A stretch of 32,000 bases of DNA from Delftia acidovorans NBRC 14950 (GCF_001598795.1 NZ_BCZP01000016.1:1-32000), one strand, 5' to 3'. Positions 8,421-16,046 are shown, numbered from the stretch's first letter. Numbers and translations are program-made. Notes: generated from the sequence alone by a model not told the origin.

Positions 8421-9328
8421 ACCAGCTGAGCGTCGTGAAGCCGCTCGTTGTCACGCCCGCGATGCTTGTGAGCACGGATGTGCCCGAGGCCGACTATCCA
8501 GAGTGGGCCTCGGGCACGGCTTATGCGAAGGGTGCCCGCGTGATCGTGGCCGCGCAGCACAAGGTCTACCAGAGCACTGCAGACGCCAACACGGGCAATA
8601 ACCCAACCATTCCAGTTGCAGAGCCTAAGTGGCTGGAGGTCGGCCCCACCAACCGCTGGAAGGTGTTCGACTCATCGAACTCCACACAGACGGCGCAGGC
8701 CAACAAGATCACGTACCGCTTGCGGCCTGGCCAGTCCATTCCGGCCCTGGGGGTGCTCAACATCCGGGCCGGCGTTGAGATCAAGGTCACCGTCTTTGAC
8801 GCCGGCGGGGCGCAGATCACGCAGCGCGTTATTCGCCTGGCGCGCTACCCGGTGTCGCCATCTTGGTGGGTATGGAACTTCGGTGAGAAGCGCGCGCCGA
8901 CGCAGGCCCTGATCACCGATCTGCCTTCCTATCCGACGGGAGAGATCCTCATCGAGATCACTGGCACTGCTCAGTTGGCTGTGGGCGTGATCCTGCTCGG
9001 CACCGTCCGCCGCTTTGCGCTGGGCGTCAAAGCTGGCGCACGCGTGGGCATCCAGGACTACTCGCGAAAAGAGCGTACTGAGTTCGGCGACACGGTGCTT
9101 GTGGAGCGCGCTTTCGCGAAGCGGGCCTCTCTGCAACTGCTGCTCACGGCATCCGAAGTGGACGCGCTCAACGACTTCATGGCTGAAGTGCGCGCAACGG
9201 CGTGCCTTTGGATTGGCTCCAGCCGCTACGAATCGACCACGGTCTATGGGTTCTACAAGAGCTTCGAGATCGCAATTACCTACTACGACTACTCCGACTG
9301 CGAGTTGGAGCTTGAGGGCTTGACATGA
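8417..9328 (+). CDS. Tail tip / distal tail protein with N-terminal carbohydrate-binding-like motif
   Basis: ATG 8417 overlaps the tape-measure stop (ATGA). The 303-aa product has WASGTAYAKGARVIVAAQHKVYQSTADANTGNNPT...PKWLEVG near the N-terminus, which resembles CBM5/12-type repeats. Position is immediately after the tape measure gene. Confidence 0.55.
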   Translation: MNQLSVVKPLVVTPAMLVSTDVPEADYPEWASGTAYAKGARVIVAAQHKVYQSTADANTGNNPTIPVAEPKWLEVGPTNRWKVFDSSNSTQTAQANKITYRLRPGQSIPALGVLNIRAGVEIKVTVFDAGGAQITQRVIRLARYPVSPSWWVWNFGEKRAPTQALITDLPSYPTGEILIEITGTAQLAVGVILLGTVRRFALGVKAGARVGIQDYSRKERTEFGDTVLVERAFAKRASLQLLLTASEVDALNDFMAEVRATACLWIGSSRYESTTVYGFYKSFEIAITYYDYSDCELELEGLT

Positions 9329-10560
9329 CCGATATCGTTACACCGCCAACTATTTCGGCGTTGCCACCTGCCCCGCTGGCAACCGACACCCCTACCGAGT
9401 TCGATGCCAAAGCGTTTGCGATGGTTGCTGCCCAGGTCGGGTTTGTCCCGCAGGCAAATGCGCTGGCGTCCAACGTCTTCAACAATGCGACTGCTGCTTT
9501 CGAGCGCACGGCAATTGCCCAGGCTGCAGCGTCTGCCGCATCGGGCAGCGCCTCAGCGGCGGCAGGGAGCGCGAGTGGAGCCAGTGGCAGCGCGTCAGCG
9601 GCTGCCAGTAGCGCGAGCACTGCTTCCTCTGCTGCGGGCACGGCCACAGCAGCCCTGACCGCGATGCAGGTCATGTACCTGGGCAGCAAGGCGGTCAACT
9701 CGCACCCTGCGACCGACAACATGGGCAACCCCCTGCAGGCCGGCGCCCTGTACACCAACACGGGCACGAATGCGGCGCTCAACAAGCGAGGCTGGTGGTG
9801 GGATGGCGCGGCCTGGCAGCTCGCTTGGGGCGACATCACGGGCGTCTACATGCCCACGACGGGGGGCACGTTCACGGGGCCGATCAATGTGCCTGCGGGT
9901 GCGACTGGCAACCAGGCGCCGCGTGTCAGCGAGGTTTTCAAGAAAGCTCCAGACGCATTCAACAAAACCAAACCCATGGGGGAGCTGGATGTGGGATACG
10001 CCCTGTTCACGACGACCTCGGGGCGCGGCGGGGACTGGCCACCGGAAACCTACGACGACCCGAACCAAGCCTGGCTTGTCGAGACGACGGGTGGAGCAGG
10101 GCGGGCCAAGCAGGTTGCAACGCAGCTGCTCACGACCACCTCGGCGCGCATTCAAAACAGCACATGGCAGCGTTCCCTGGAGGGGACGACCTGGGGCGCC
10201 TGGGACCGAGTGATCACCGCAAGGACTGCAATGGACCAGCAGGTGACGGCCAATGTACCCGCTGGTACAACGACATACACCCTCGACCCAAATCTGGGCG
10301 GGTCACACATCGTGACCATCAATGGCAGTTGCACGTTCAATTTGCCCGCAGGCCGTCAATACGGTGATCAGGTTGCGCTTGATGTCGTCAGTGCGGGAGC
10401 GATCCGCCCAATCAGCTTCTCGGCAAATGTCGCGCCGCCTCGCGATGGGACTGGCGCGCAATTGCCATTCCCTACGTATTCGACAGGGGCAGTTGTCTCT
10501 TTCCTTTTTCGTTGCATTTTGGTCAACCGTTGGGAATGCTATTACGCGGGGGTGCACTGA
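9325..10560 (+). CDS. Tail fibre protein
   Basis: ATG overlaps the previous stop (ATGA). The 411-aa product has an N-terminal fibre-like region and a Ser/Ala repeat (AAASAASGSASAAAGSASGASGSASAAASSASTASSAAG), followed by a globular C-terminal domain. Confidence 0.65.
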   Translation: MTDIVTPPTISALPPAPLATDTPTEFDAKAFAMVAAQVGFVPQANALASNVFNNATAAFERTAIAQAAASAASGSASAAAGSASGASGSASAAASSASTASSAAGTATAALTAMQVMYLGSKAVNSHPATDNMGNPLQAGALYTNTGTNAALNKRGWWWDGAAWQLAWGDITGVYMPTTGGTFTGPINVPAGATGNQAPRVSEVFKKAPDAFNKTKPMGELDVGYALFTTTSGRGGDWPPETYDDPNQAWLVETTGGAGRAKQVATQLLTTTSARIQNSTWQRSLEGTTWGAWDRVITARTAMDQQVTANVPAGTTTYTLDPNLGGSHIVTINGSCTFNLPAGRQYGDQVALDVVSAGAIRPISFSANVAPPRDGTGAQLPFPTYSTGAVVSFLFRCILVNRWECYYAGVH

Positions 10561-11267
10561 TGTTCGCGCGGAGTTTGATGATGGCCAGCGGGCAGCGGCA
10601 GATAACAGTCACTATCACCGCGAGTGTGCGTAGCCCAGATATCGCGGCACTTGCTACCGCGCAGGGGTGGCGCGGCACTGAAAACATCACTCTTGTGATC
10701 AATGCCGGGGTGGATGTGGCCACGCTGCAGATATCGGGCATTCCAGACGACCGGCTGCACATCATCAACAACGGTCGCATCGGCGGGGTGCTGAACAGTG
10801 GCACTGGCTTGTACACCCGCATCCGAATCCTCGTCACAAATAACGGCACGATATTCGGCAGCGGGGGCGCGGGTGGTCGAGGCAGCTCCGCAGGCTATTC
10901 ATACCCTGGGGGAACAAGCGATACAGCCCAGGGCGGAGTAGGTGGTAATGGCGCAGGATTTACTGCATCTGCAGCGGTATCCATGGTCGCCAGAGACACA
11001 AGCCCCGCCCCCACAAGCGGATCGTATGTCAGCTACTCCGGCGCGATTTTCCCTGGCGACACTCGCCCCTGGGCTCAGGGCGGCTTCGGCGGATCTGGTG
11101 GCGCTATTGGGGTTGCAGGAGCGAATGGCGAAAACGCATCCAGCGGAGGAACTGGTGCGACAGGCTCTGTCCCTGGGAGTCCGCCCGCTGCAGCTGGCTA
11201 CTACCTCGACGGAAACGCATACGTCACATGGCTTGCAACCGGCACGCGCCTCGGCCGCGTTATTTGA
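10560..11267 (+). CDS. Glycine-rich tail-fibre-associated protein
   Basis: ATG 10560 overlaps the previous TGA by 1 nt (TGATG). The 235-aa product has GGAGGRGSS...GGVGGNGAGF...GGFGGSGGAIGVAGANGENASSGGTGATG tracts. Position is within the fibre module. Confidence 0.5.
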   Translation: MFARSLMMASGQRQITVTITASVRSPDIAALATAQGWRGTENITLVINAGVDVATLQISGIPDDRLHIINNGRIGGVLNSGTGLYTRIRILVTNNGTIFGSGGAGGRGSSAGYSYPGGTSDTAQGGVGGNGAGFTASAAVSMVARDTSPAPTSGSYVSYSGAIFPGDTRPWAQGGFGGSGGAIGVAGANGENASSGGTGATGSVPGSPPAAAGYYLDGNAYVTWLATGTRLGRVI

Positions 11268-11275
11268 GGATCAAC

Positions 11276-11788
11276 ATGTACATCAACACCGAAACCGGGC
11301 AATACCCGCTGAGCGTTGCTCAGATCCAGGAGCTGCACCCGCTCACGATGATGGCCCAGCATCTGGAGTGCTATGCGCTCGTTGAGCCATCGGACACGCC
11401 GCCCCATGACGCGGACACGCACAAGCCTGTCGAGGTCGAGCCCGTGCAGGTCGATGGCGTGTGGCGGCAGCAGTGGTCCGTCGTGCCGCTGTCGGCAGAG
11501 GAACTCGCCGAGCTGCAGCGTCAGCGTGAAGCAGAAGCGGCGGCGCTGATCCCCAAGTCCTGCACGCGCCGGCAGGGGCAGCTTGCACTGCTCACCCATG
11601 GGGTGCTGGACGATGCCGAAGCGGCCATTGCGGCGATCACTGACCCCGTGCAAAAGCGCGAGGCCCAGATCGAGTACGAGGCGGACACCTGGGAGCGCGC
11701 GAACCCGTTCCTACAGCAGCTCTGGGCGCAACTCGGCGGCACGCCGCAGTCGCTCGATGAGGCCTTCGCGCTCGCTGTGACGCTCTGA
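11276..11788 (+). CDS. Phage protein, probable tail-fibre assembly/chaperone-like
   Basis: 170-aa ORF (MYINTETGQYPLSVAQIQELHP...), last gene of the tail operon before a strong terminator. Assigned by position and the N-terminal pattern only. Confidence 0.4.
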   Translation: MYINTETGQYPLSVAQIQELHPLTMMAQHLECYALVEPSDTPPHDADTHKPVEVEPVQVDGVWRQQWSVVPLSAEELAELQRQREAEAAALIPKSCTRRQGQLALLTHGVLDDAEAAIAAITDPVQKREAQIEYEADTWERANPFLQQLWAQLGGTPQSLDEAFALAVTL

Positions 11789-11806
11789 TCCAACCCGACC
11801 AACACC

Positions 11807-11828
11807 AACCCGCTTCGGCGGGTTTTTT
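11807..11828 (+). terminator. Rho-independent terminator after the tail operon
   Basis: AACCCGC ttcg GCGGGTT followed by a T-run (to 11828). Confidence 0.75.
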
Positions 11829-11857
11829 CATGCCCAAAGCAGCCCGGAGGAGGGCCA

Positions 11858-12154
11858 ATGCAAGACGACTACGGCGATGCCATCAACACGCAGACAGCGG
11901 CTGCGATCAATGCGCGGCTGGATGAGGGGGACGCACGGATGACCCGCATGGAGCGGGAGCTTGCGGCGAACACAGCGGCCACTGAACAGGTGCGAGCGAA
12001 CACAGCCGATCTGGTGGAGGTATTCCGTGCCGCGCAGGGCGCATTCCGCGTCCTGAATTGGATCGGCAAGGCCGCGAAGCCGCTGGGCTACATCGCCTCA
12101 GCCTGCGCTGCCTGCCTGGGCTTCTGGGCGGCGCTGAAAGGACACCTGAAATGA
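11858..12154 (+). CDS. Putative holin (single C-terminal TM)
   Basis: GGAGGAGG RBS. The 98-aa product has a long hydrophilic N-terminus and one C-terminal hydrophobic helix (PLGYIASACAACLGFWAAL). Its stop overlaps the endolysin start (ATGA). Assigned by position. Confidence 0.45.
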   Translation: MQDDYGDAINTQTAAAINARLDEGDARMTRMERELAANTAATEQVRANTADLVEVFRAAQGAFRVLNWIGKAAKPLGYIASACAACLGFWAALKGHLK

Positions 12155-12621
12155 GCAACAAGGCCAAACTGATCGCCGCCATCGGCGCCGCCGCTGCGGC
12201 TCTGGCCGTGCCCCTGGTCGCAAAGTATGAGGGAACAGTGCAGGCCACGTACCGTGATCCCATTGGCATCATCACCGCCTGCACTGGGCACACAGGCTCA
12301 GAACTGACCATCGGCCAGACGTTCACGCGCGAGCAGTGCGAGGACATGCTCTACAAGGATCTGCTCAAGCACACGGCCGCGCTGGAGTGCGTGCGACAGC
12401 CCATGACGGACGGGCAGAAGGCCGCGTTCCTGAGCTTCGCATTCAACGTGGGCAATGGGGCGTTCTGCGGCTCCACGCTGGCGCGCAAGGCCAATGCCGG
12501 CGACATGCAGGGCGCCTGTGCAGAGCTGAGCCGCTGGACCTGGGCGGGTGGTAAGCAGCTGCCGGGCCTGGTCAACCGGCGTGCGGCGGAGCGGCAGCTG
12601 TGCGAAAGGGGGCTGTCGTGA
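12151..12621 (+). CDS. SAR-type endolysin, GH24 (T4/P21-type lysozyme)
   Basis: N-terminal weakly hydrophobic Ala/Gly-rich segment KLIAAIGAAAAALAVPLVA. It is followed by the catalytic E-x8-D-x5-T pattern (YEGTVQATYRDPIGIITACTGHT) and the GH24 core (...FAFNVGNGAFCGSTL...). Confidence 0.85.
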   Translation: MSNKAKLIAAIGAAAAALAVPLVAKYEGTVQATYRDPIGIITACTGHTGSELTIGQTFTREQCEDMLYKDLLKHTAALECVRQPMTDGQKAAFLSFAFNVGNGAFCGSTLARKANAGDMQGACAELSRWTWAGGKQLPGLVNRRAAERQLCERGLS

Positions 12622-13127
12622 TTGCAGGGATCTACACCCATCTCGCGGCTGCTGGTGCGGCGCTGGCCATCGGTGTTGGCGGTGCCTGGTGGACCCAGGG
12701 CCAGCGCTACGGCTTGCAGATCGAGCAGCTGCAGCACCAGCAGACCATCGCCGCGTTGGCCAGCACGCAAAAGGCCGTCGCGGACATGGCCGGATTCCAG
12801 AAAGGACTGACCGATGCACTCGCAACCTTCCAGGCCACGGGCCAGCGCAACCAGGCCGCGCAGCAGGATCTGGAGCGCAGTCTGCGCGACCTGCGCACTG
12901 CTACTGCAGGCATGCGGGGCGACTTTGCAGGCCTCCCCGAGCGCATCGCTGGAGCTGCCCAGCCCGCCCTCGCTCAGTACGCCTCAACCTGCACAGCCGT
13001 ACTCCAAGAGTTGGCAGACCGAGGTGGACGCATGGCAGAGCGCGGTGCAGACATCGCGCGAGCGGCTGATGGCCACGCCGCTGACGCCGCGCTGATGCGG
13101 GATGCGTGGCCGAGGGTGTCGCGTTGA
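12618..13127 (+). CDS. i-spanin (Rz-like)
   Basis: GTG 12618 overlaps the endolysin stop (GTGA), with AAGGGGG upstream. The product has an N-terminal TM (IAGIYTHLAAAGAALAIGVGGAWW) followed by a coiled-coil-like periplasmic part. Confidence 0.7.
   Translation: MIAGIYTHLAAAGAALAIGVGGAWWTQGQRYGLQIEQLQHQQTIAALASTQKAVADMAGFQKGLTDALATFQATGQRNQAAQQDLERSLRDLRTATAGMRGDFAGLPERIAGAAQPALAQYASTCTAVLQELADRGGRMAERGADIARAADGHAADAALMRDAWPRVSR
12814..13095 (+). CDS. o-spanin (Rz1-like) embedded in the +1 frame of Rz
   Basis: The ORF lies entirely inside 12618..13127 in the +1 frame. It has a hydrophobic stretch ending in a LLQA|C lipobox-like site, and the mature part is proline-rich (ELPSPPSLSTPQPAQP). Confidence 0.55.
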   Translation: MHSQPSRPRASATRPRSRIWSAVCATCALLLQACGATLQASPSASLELPSPPSLSTPQPAQPYSKSWQTEVDAWQSAVQTSRERLMATPLTPR

Positions 13128-13234
13128 AGAGTTGCAAATACCAATTGAAGGAGGTACCAAAGGTTATCCGCGATTTGTTATAGACCTGATGTTCAGACAG
13201 CCCCTGGTAAAAGAACTGTCATTTACTTTGCAGC

Positions 13235-14155
13235 CTAATGGAATTTTCCGCAGCACTCCTTATATCGCTTGCCGCTTAAGCACGCACAAGGAGAATTTCG
13301 CGAAATCTTTGGCTGCTGTTTAGTTATTTTTTTCAATTCTTCTTCGAGGGCGAGCAATTCGCTAGCATGAATGATATAACCTAGGTTGTTTGGAATGGAC
13401 CCCACGGAAATCGCTTTTGTGTCGGTTGGTATATCAACTACAATAATTTCTCCCGTAGTAGAGTGCTGAGGGCCGGCGTATAGCGTGCCTAAAAGATATA
13501 TTCTGCTGCCTGCAATGAAGTTTCCTTCTTTGCTAACATAACTCCCGATGTTTGCCAAGAAAACCGGTGAGCCCGATGATCCCGGAAAGCATGCGGCATC
13601 TATTAAGAACTCATTCTTGCCGTTTAATTTCAACCCCGGATGGGTGGCAGTTATTCCCTTTCTGATAATTGGTAGATTATGTAGCTTGTCCCATAGTCCG
13701 TTTGGATATCCAATCATCACAATTTCCTCCATGGGAGGAAGAGAATTCAGAAGCTCCTGGCTCGCCAATAGATCGCTGCTAATTGCTCTGAAATAATATG
13801 ACCGACCATCCTTTGCCCCATTGCTAATAATTGGACCAATCGGAAATGCGGCGAGATCAATATCAGGTGATGGATGATTGACGCAATATTTATCCAAGTT
13901 GTCAAGTATGATAGGCTCGTGCTTTCCAAGGTCTGCGGTCCCGTCTTCTTTTTTCAAAGTAAGATGAAAAGTACCTTGGACTGCGCCTCGAACAACATGC
14001 TTGTTTGTTACCACGCACGGAATTGATTTGCCATCAGATTCGCAAAATAAATAAATATAGCCAGTTCCAGATGATTTTGCACCCCTTATGTTGGTGCATT
14101 CAATGCGCACTGTACTATGGACCAACTGTGAAATCGGGTGAATGAATTCAGACAT
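13235..14155 (-). CDS. Cytoplasmic trypsin-like (chymotrypsin-fold, Trypsin_2-type) serine protease with C-terminal SEC-C zinc-binding motif
   Basis: 306 aa with no signal peptide. Triad motifs are VVTNKHVV (His), PDIDLAAF (Asp) and FPGSSGSPVF (Ser). The C-terminus is SPCACLSGKRYKECCGKFH. The gene sits in a ~1 kb block of much lower GC than the phage. Confidence 0.85.
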   Translation of the reverse strand: MSEFIHPISQLVHSTVRIECTNIRGAKSSGTGYIYLFCESDGKSIPCVVTNKHVVRGAVQGTFHLTLKKEDGTADLGKHEPIILDNLDKYCVNHPSPDIDLAAFPIGPIISNGAKDGRSYYFRAISSDLLASQELLNSLPPMEEIVMIGYPNGLWDKLHNLPIIRKGITATHPGLKLNGKNEFLIDAACFPGSSGSPVFLANIGSYVSKEGNFIAGSRIYLLGTLYAGPQHSTTGEIIVVDIPTDTKAISVGSIPNNLGYIIHASELLALEEELKKITKQQPKISRNSPCACLSGKRYKECCGKFH

Positions 14156-14210
14156 ATTCAGTTGATTCTGGGGGATGCGATGGATCGATTTCTATTCGCA
14201 CATTGTGCAC

Positions 14211-14417
14211 TCAATCTTCCGGGCAGCACTCCATAGCCCAGTCCAGCGCCTCAGCCGCAGTAGGGTGCGGCCCGTTGAACGCGCGGATGCCGCGCTCATC
14301 GTCCCAGAGCGCGCCGGTCCAACGACGGGCAGCAGGGAAGGGCAGGCGGCCATAGTCCACCACGACCGCATACCAGCCCGGCGCCGTCGGCCTTCCGCCC
14401 CAGATGAACGAATTCAT
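14211..14417 (-). CDS. Hypothetical small phage protein
   Basis: 68-aa high-GC ORF (MNSFIWGGRPTAPGWYAVVVDYGRL...), same strand as and 55 bp upstream of the protease gene. No clear RBS. Confidence 0.35.
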   Translation of the reverse strand: MNSFIWGGRPTAPGWYAVVVDYGRLPFPAARRWTGALWDDERGIRAFNGPHPTAAEALDWAMECCPED

Positions 14418-14625
14418 GCGGCTCAGCCAGCGGCTGCTCGGGCTCGGGCTTTACTTGTAGAGATGGGGCTACTTCCGGGGGCATGATGACCTGTATGCAC
14501 GACCCTCGCTGTGAATCTATGGGCTCGGGAATAAGCCTCTGACGGTCGCTTCAGTGCTTGCTCAGGTTTTTATGTGTATTCCCAAAAAATCACTTAACCT
14601 ATTGATTTTTATAGATTGAGAGTCT

Positions 14626-14733
14626 GACTTTTAATCCGTTGGTCGCGAGTTCGAATCTCGCAGGACCCACCAAAGAACACAAGGCCCCGTAGCAATACGG
14701 GGCCTTTTTCTTTGCTATCGAAGAAGTAGCAAA
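14626..14733 (+). repeat. Copy 1 of the att-type direct repeat: 3' 47 nt of tRNA-Lys(UUU) (14626-14672) plus the tRNA terminator and ~40 nt beyond
   Basis: GACTTTTAATCCGTTGGTCGCGAGTTCGAATCTCGCAGGACCCACCA covers the anticodon loop CTTTTAA, variable loop, T-arm, 3' acceptor strand and CCA. The 5' half is absent (upstream sequence cannot pair). It is nearly identical to 22058-22165. Confidence 0.85.
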
Positions 14734-14754
14734 ACGGAACAGAGATTTGCGGCC

Positions 14755-14788
14755 CGTGTTCCGCAATTCTGGGCGTGTTCCGCAATTC
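14755..14788 (+). promoter_or_regulatory. Two direct 15-bp repeats CGTGTTCCGCAATTC (candidate integrase arm-type sites)
   Basis: Exact copies at 14755-14769 and 14774-14788 (19-bp period), between the att repeat and the integrase 3' end. Confidence 0.35.
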
Positions 14789-15500
14789 ACCGCACGGGCT
14801 TCACCTTCTTGCCCACCTTGTGGCGGATGTACTGCGCTGTCATGCCCTCCGTTGTATGCCCCAGCAGCGCCTGGGCATGGCGTATCCCGCCGTCGTCATC
14901 CACAGTGGTGGCGGCCGTGGAGCGCAGGTCCCGAAACTGGAATTGCGCCTTGGGAATGCCGGCGGCATCCCGAGCGGCGTCGAAGCGGTCGCGGAGCATG
15001 TTCTTTGTCAGCGGCTGACCCGCCTCGCTCACAAGCAGCTGCGCGGTGTCTGCTTTGACCTGGGCTTTGTACGCCTGGATCTTGGCCAGCAGCTCCTGAA
15101 GTGCGCCTGTTACCTCGATGCGCAGCTTGGCTGTCTTGCCCTGGCGGACGTGGAGCATGCCGCCGGCGATGTGGTCGGTGCTCATGCGAAGCACGTCGGC
15201 CGGGCGCTGGCCAGTGAGGAGCGCCAAGTGGACAGCGAACCGCAGGGATACTGCGGCCTTCTCCAACAGCCGAGCCATCAGGTCGTCGCCGACTACGACA
15301 TCCCGCCCATCCTCCCGGAAGCCTCGCATGCCTGCGCAGGGGTTGGAGGCCTTCGTGAGGCCCTGTTCCCGAGCAAAGTTCCACATGTGCGAGAACAGGG
15401 ACTTCTCCCGATTGGCGCGCACCTGGCCGATGGAATCCGGAATCGTCTGAGCCGGTAGTCCAACTTGCCTAAGGGCGCAATGCGGGGGGAGTGACTTGGC
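14787..15500 (-). pseudogene. int: Lambda-type tyrosine integrase, N-terminally truncated (catalytic domain only)
   Basis: LLTGQRPADV (catalytic Arg), FRDLRSTAAT (box with second Arg) and AQALLGHTTEGMTAQYIRH (His...Tyr) parallel lambda Int. The frame is open only from 15500. The first Arg is at about residue 73-99, against about 212 in lambda Int, so the arm-binding and most of the core-binding domains are missing. GC drops sharply at 15500. Confidence 0.8.
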
Positions 15501-15598
15501 TCATGCTGGTCCAGAACACAGAAAGCCAGCTCTGTGGCTGGCTTTTTGAAGAAGGAGAGATCAGGACAGCGCACTTCACGCGCTGTGCTCACGCACGG

Positions 15599-15622
15599 AA
15601 AAAAAGCCACTGTTGAGTGGCT
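15599..15622 (-). terminator. Rho-independent terminator of small-gene cassette copy 1
   Basis: AGCCACT gttg AGTGGCT, preceded on the + strand by an A-run (a T-run on the - strand). A second hairpin AGCCAGC tctgtg GCTGGCT TTTT lies at 15524-15547. Confidence 0.55.
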
Positions 15623-15650
15623 TTGATCTGGTTAACGAAGGTTTGCCTAG

Positions 15651-15821
15651 CTAAGCATCTCGATTTATTTGCTTTTCTTCTTCATAGATCCTTCGTTCCT
15701 CTCTGGATAAAGGGTCATTCTTTCTTTTGCTATCAAGTGCTTCTATCTGAACTCCTGGAGAAAAGATACTCTTGACGGAATCCCAAAAGACTTCCCATGG
15801 GGTGCGAGGTTGTGAAAGCAT
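15651..15821 (-). CDS. Small protein B (cassette copy 1), unknown function
   Basis: 56 aa, MLSQPRTPWEVFWDSVKSIFSP...IYEEEKQ, with GGAG 6 nt upstream of the ATG. Paralogue at 17354..17617. Confidence 0.65.
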   Translation of the reverse strand: MLSQPRTPWEVFWDSVKSIFSPGVQIEALDSKRKNDPLSREERRIYEEEKQINRDA

Positions 15822-15833
15822 ATTAAACTCCAA

Positions 15834-16046
15834 TTATCTTCCGTTGAGGTAGGGAGGAGGTGTGTCCCGCAGTTCAGCAGAATCCAAATTTATAGTAAAT
15901 TCTGTGTCCCAATCGCTGATTTTTTTCTTACGAGGTGGGTCAGGTGTGCGGAAATAGTCATCGTTAGATACAGCATGACTATCAACATCTGGAAGAGAAT
16001 ATTTATTTTGGCGGCTAAATGAGCCTTTTGTGTCTTTGACTTTCAT
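15834..16046 (-). CDS. Small protein A (cassette copy 1), unknown function
   Basis: 70 aa, MKVKDTKGSFSRQNKYSLPDVDSHAVSNDDYFRTPDPP..., with a GGAGG RBS. Paralogue at 17589..17849. Confidence 0.65.
   Translation of the reverse strand: MKVKDTKGSFSRQNKYSLPDVDSHAVSNDDYFRTPDPPRKKKISDWDTEFTINLDSAELRDTPPPYLNGR

Larger units (their letters stand above)
1..14672 (+). mobile_element. Right arm of a siphovirus-type temperate prophage (late genes, lysis cassette, cargo), ending at a tRNA-Lys 3' fragment (putative attR); left end lies outside the window
   Basis: Co-linear + strand order: adaptor, gp10-like, tail terminator, major tail, G/GT chaperone, tape measure, tail tip/fibre, holin-endolysin-spanins. 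Cargo follows, then a 47-nt tRNA-Lys 3' segment at 14626-14672. Confidence 0.8.

Noticed and set aside
10560-11267. Homology between the phage glycine-rich tail protein and the chromosomal glycine-rich IPTL-CTERM protein
   Set aside because: The similarity is confined to low-complexity Gly tracts and the non-Gly flanks do not align by eye. This cannot be supported without a profile search.
12622-12810. The 62-aa +2-frame ORF inside Rz as the o-spanin
   Set aside because: It has no hydrophobic signal or lipobox preceding a Cys, and is Arg/Ser/Pro-rich throughout. The 12814..13095 frame fits Rz1 features better.
13102-13323. 73-aa plus-strand ORF bridging the Rz end and the low-GC block (an AAGGAGG at 13149-13155 nearby)
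   Set aside because: The SD-like sequence is not followed by a start codon at a suitable distance. The ORF begins inside Rz and runs antisense into the protease 3' end, and it has no recognisable features.
14626-14672. The three tRNA-like segments as functional tRNA-Lys genes
   Set aside because: Only the anticodon loop through CCA is present. Upstream sequences cannot form the anticodon stem 5' strand, D-arm or acceptor 5' strand, and copy 3 also has T-arm mutations.
14787-15422. The integrase ORF as the functional integrase of the left-hand prophage
   Set aside because: It lies outside the att repeat relative to the phage genes. It lacks about 115-140 N-terminal residues (arm-binding and core-binding domains), and its 5' end is replaced by unrelated low-GC DNA.
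15821-15836. Stop-codon readthrough joining A and B into one protein (single in-frame TAA in copy 1)
   Set aside because: In copy 2 the B' frame is shifted relative to A'. Both B genes have their own Shine-Dalgarno plus ATG, so two separate cistrons is the simpler reading.
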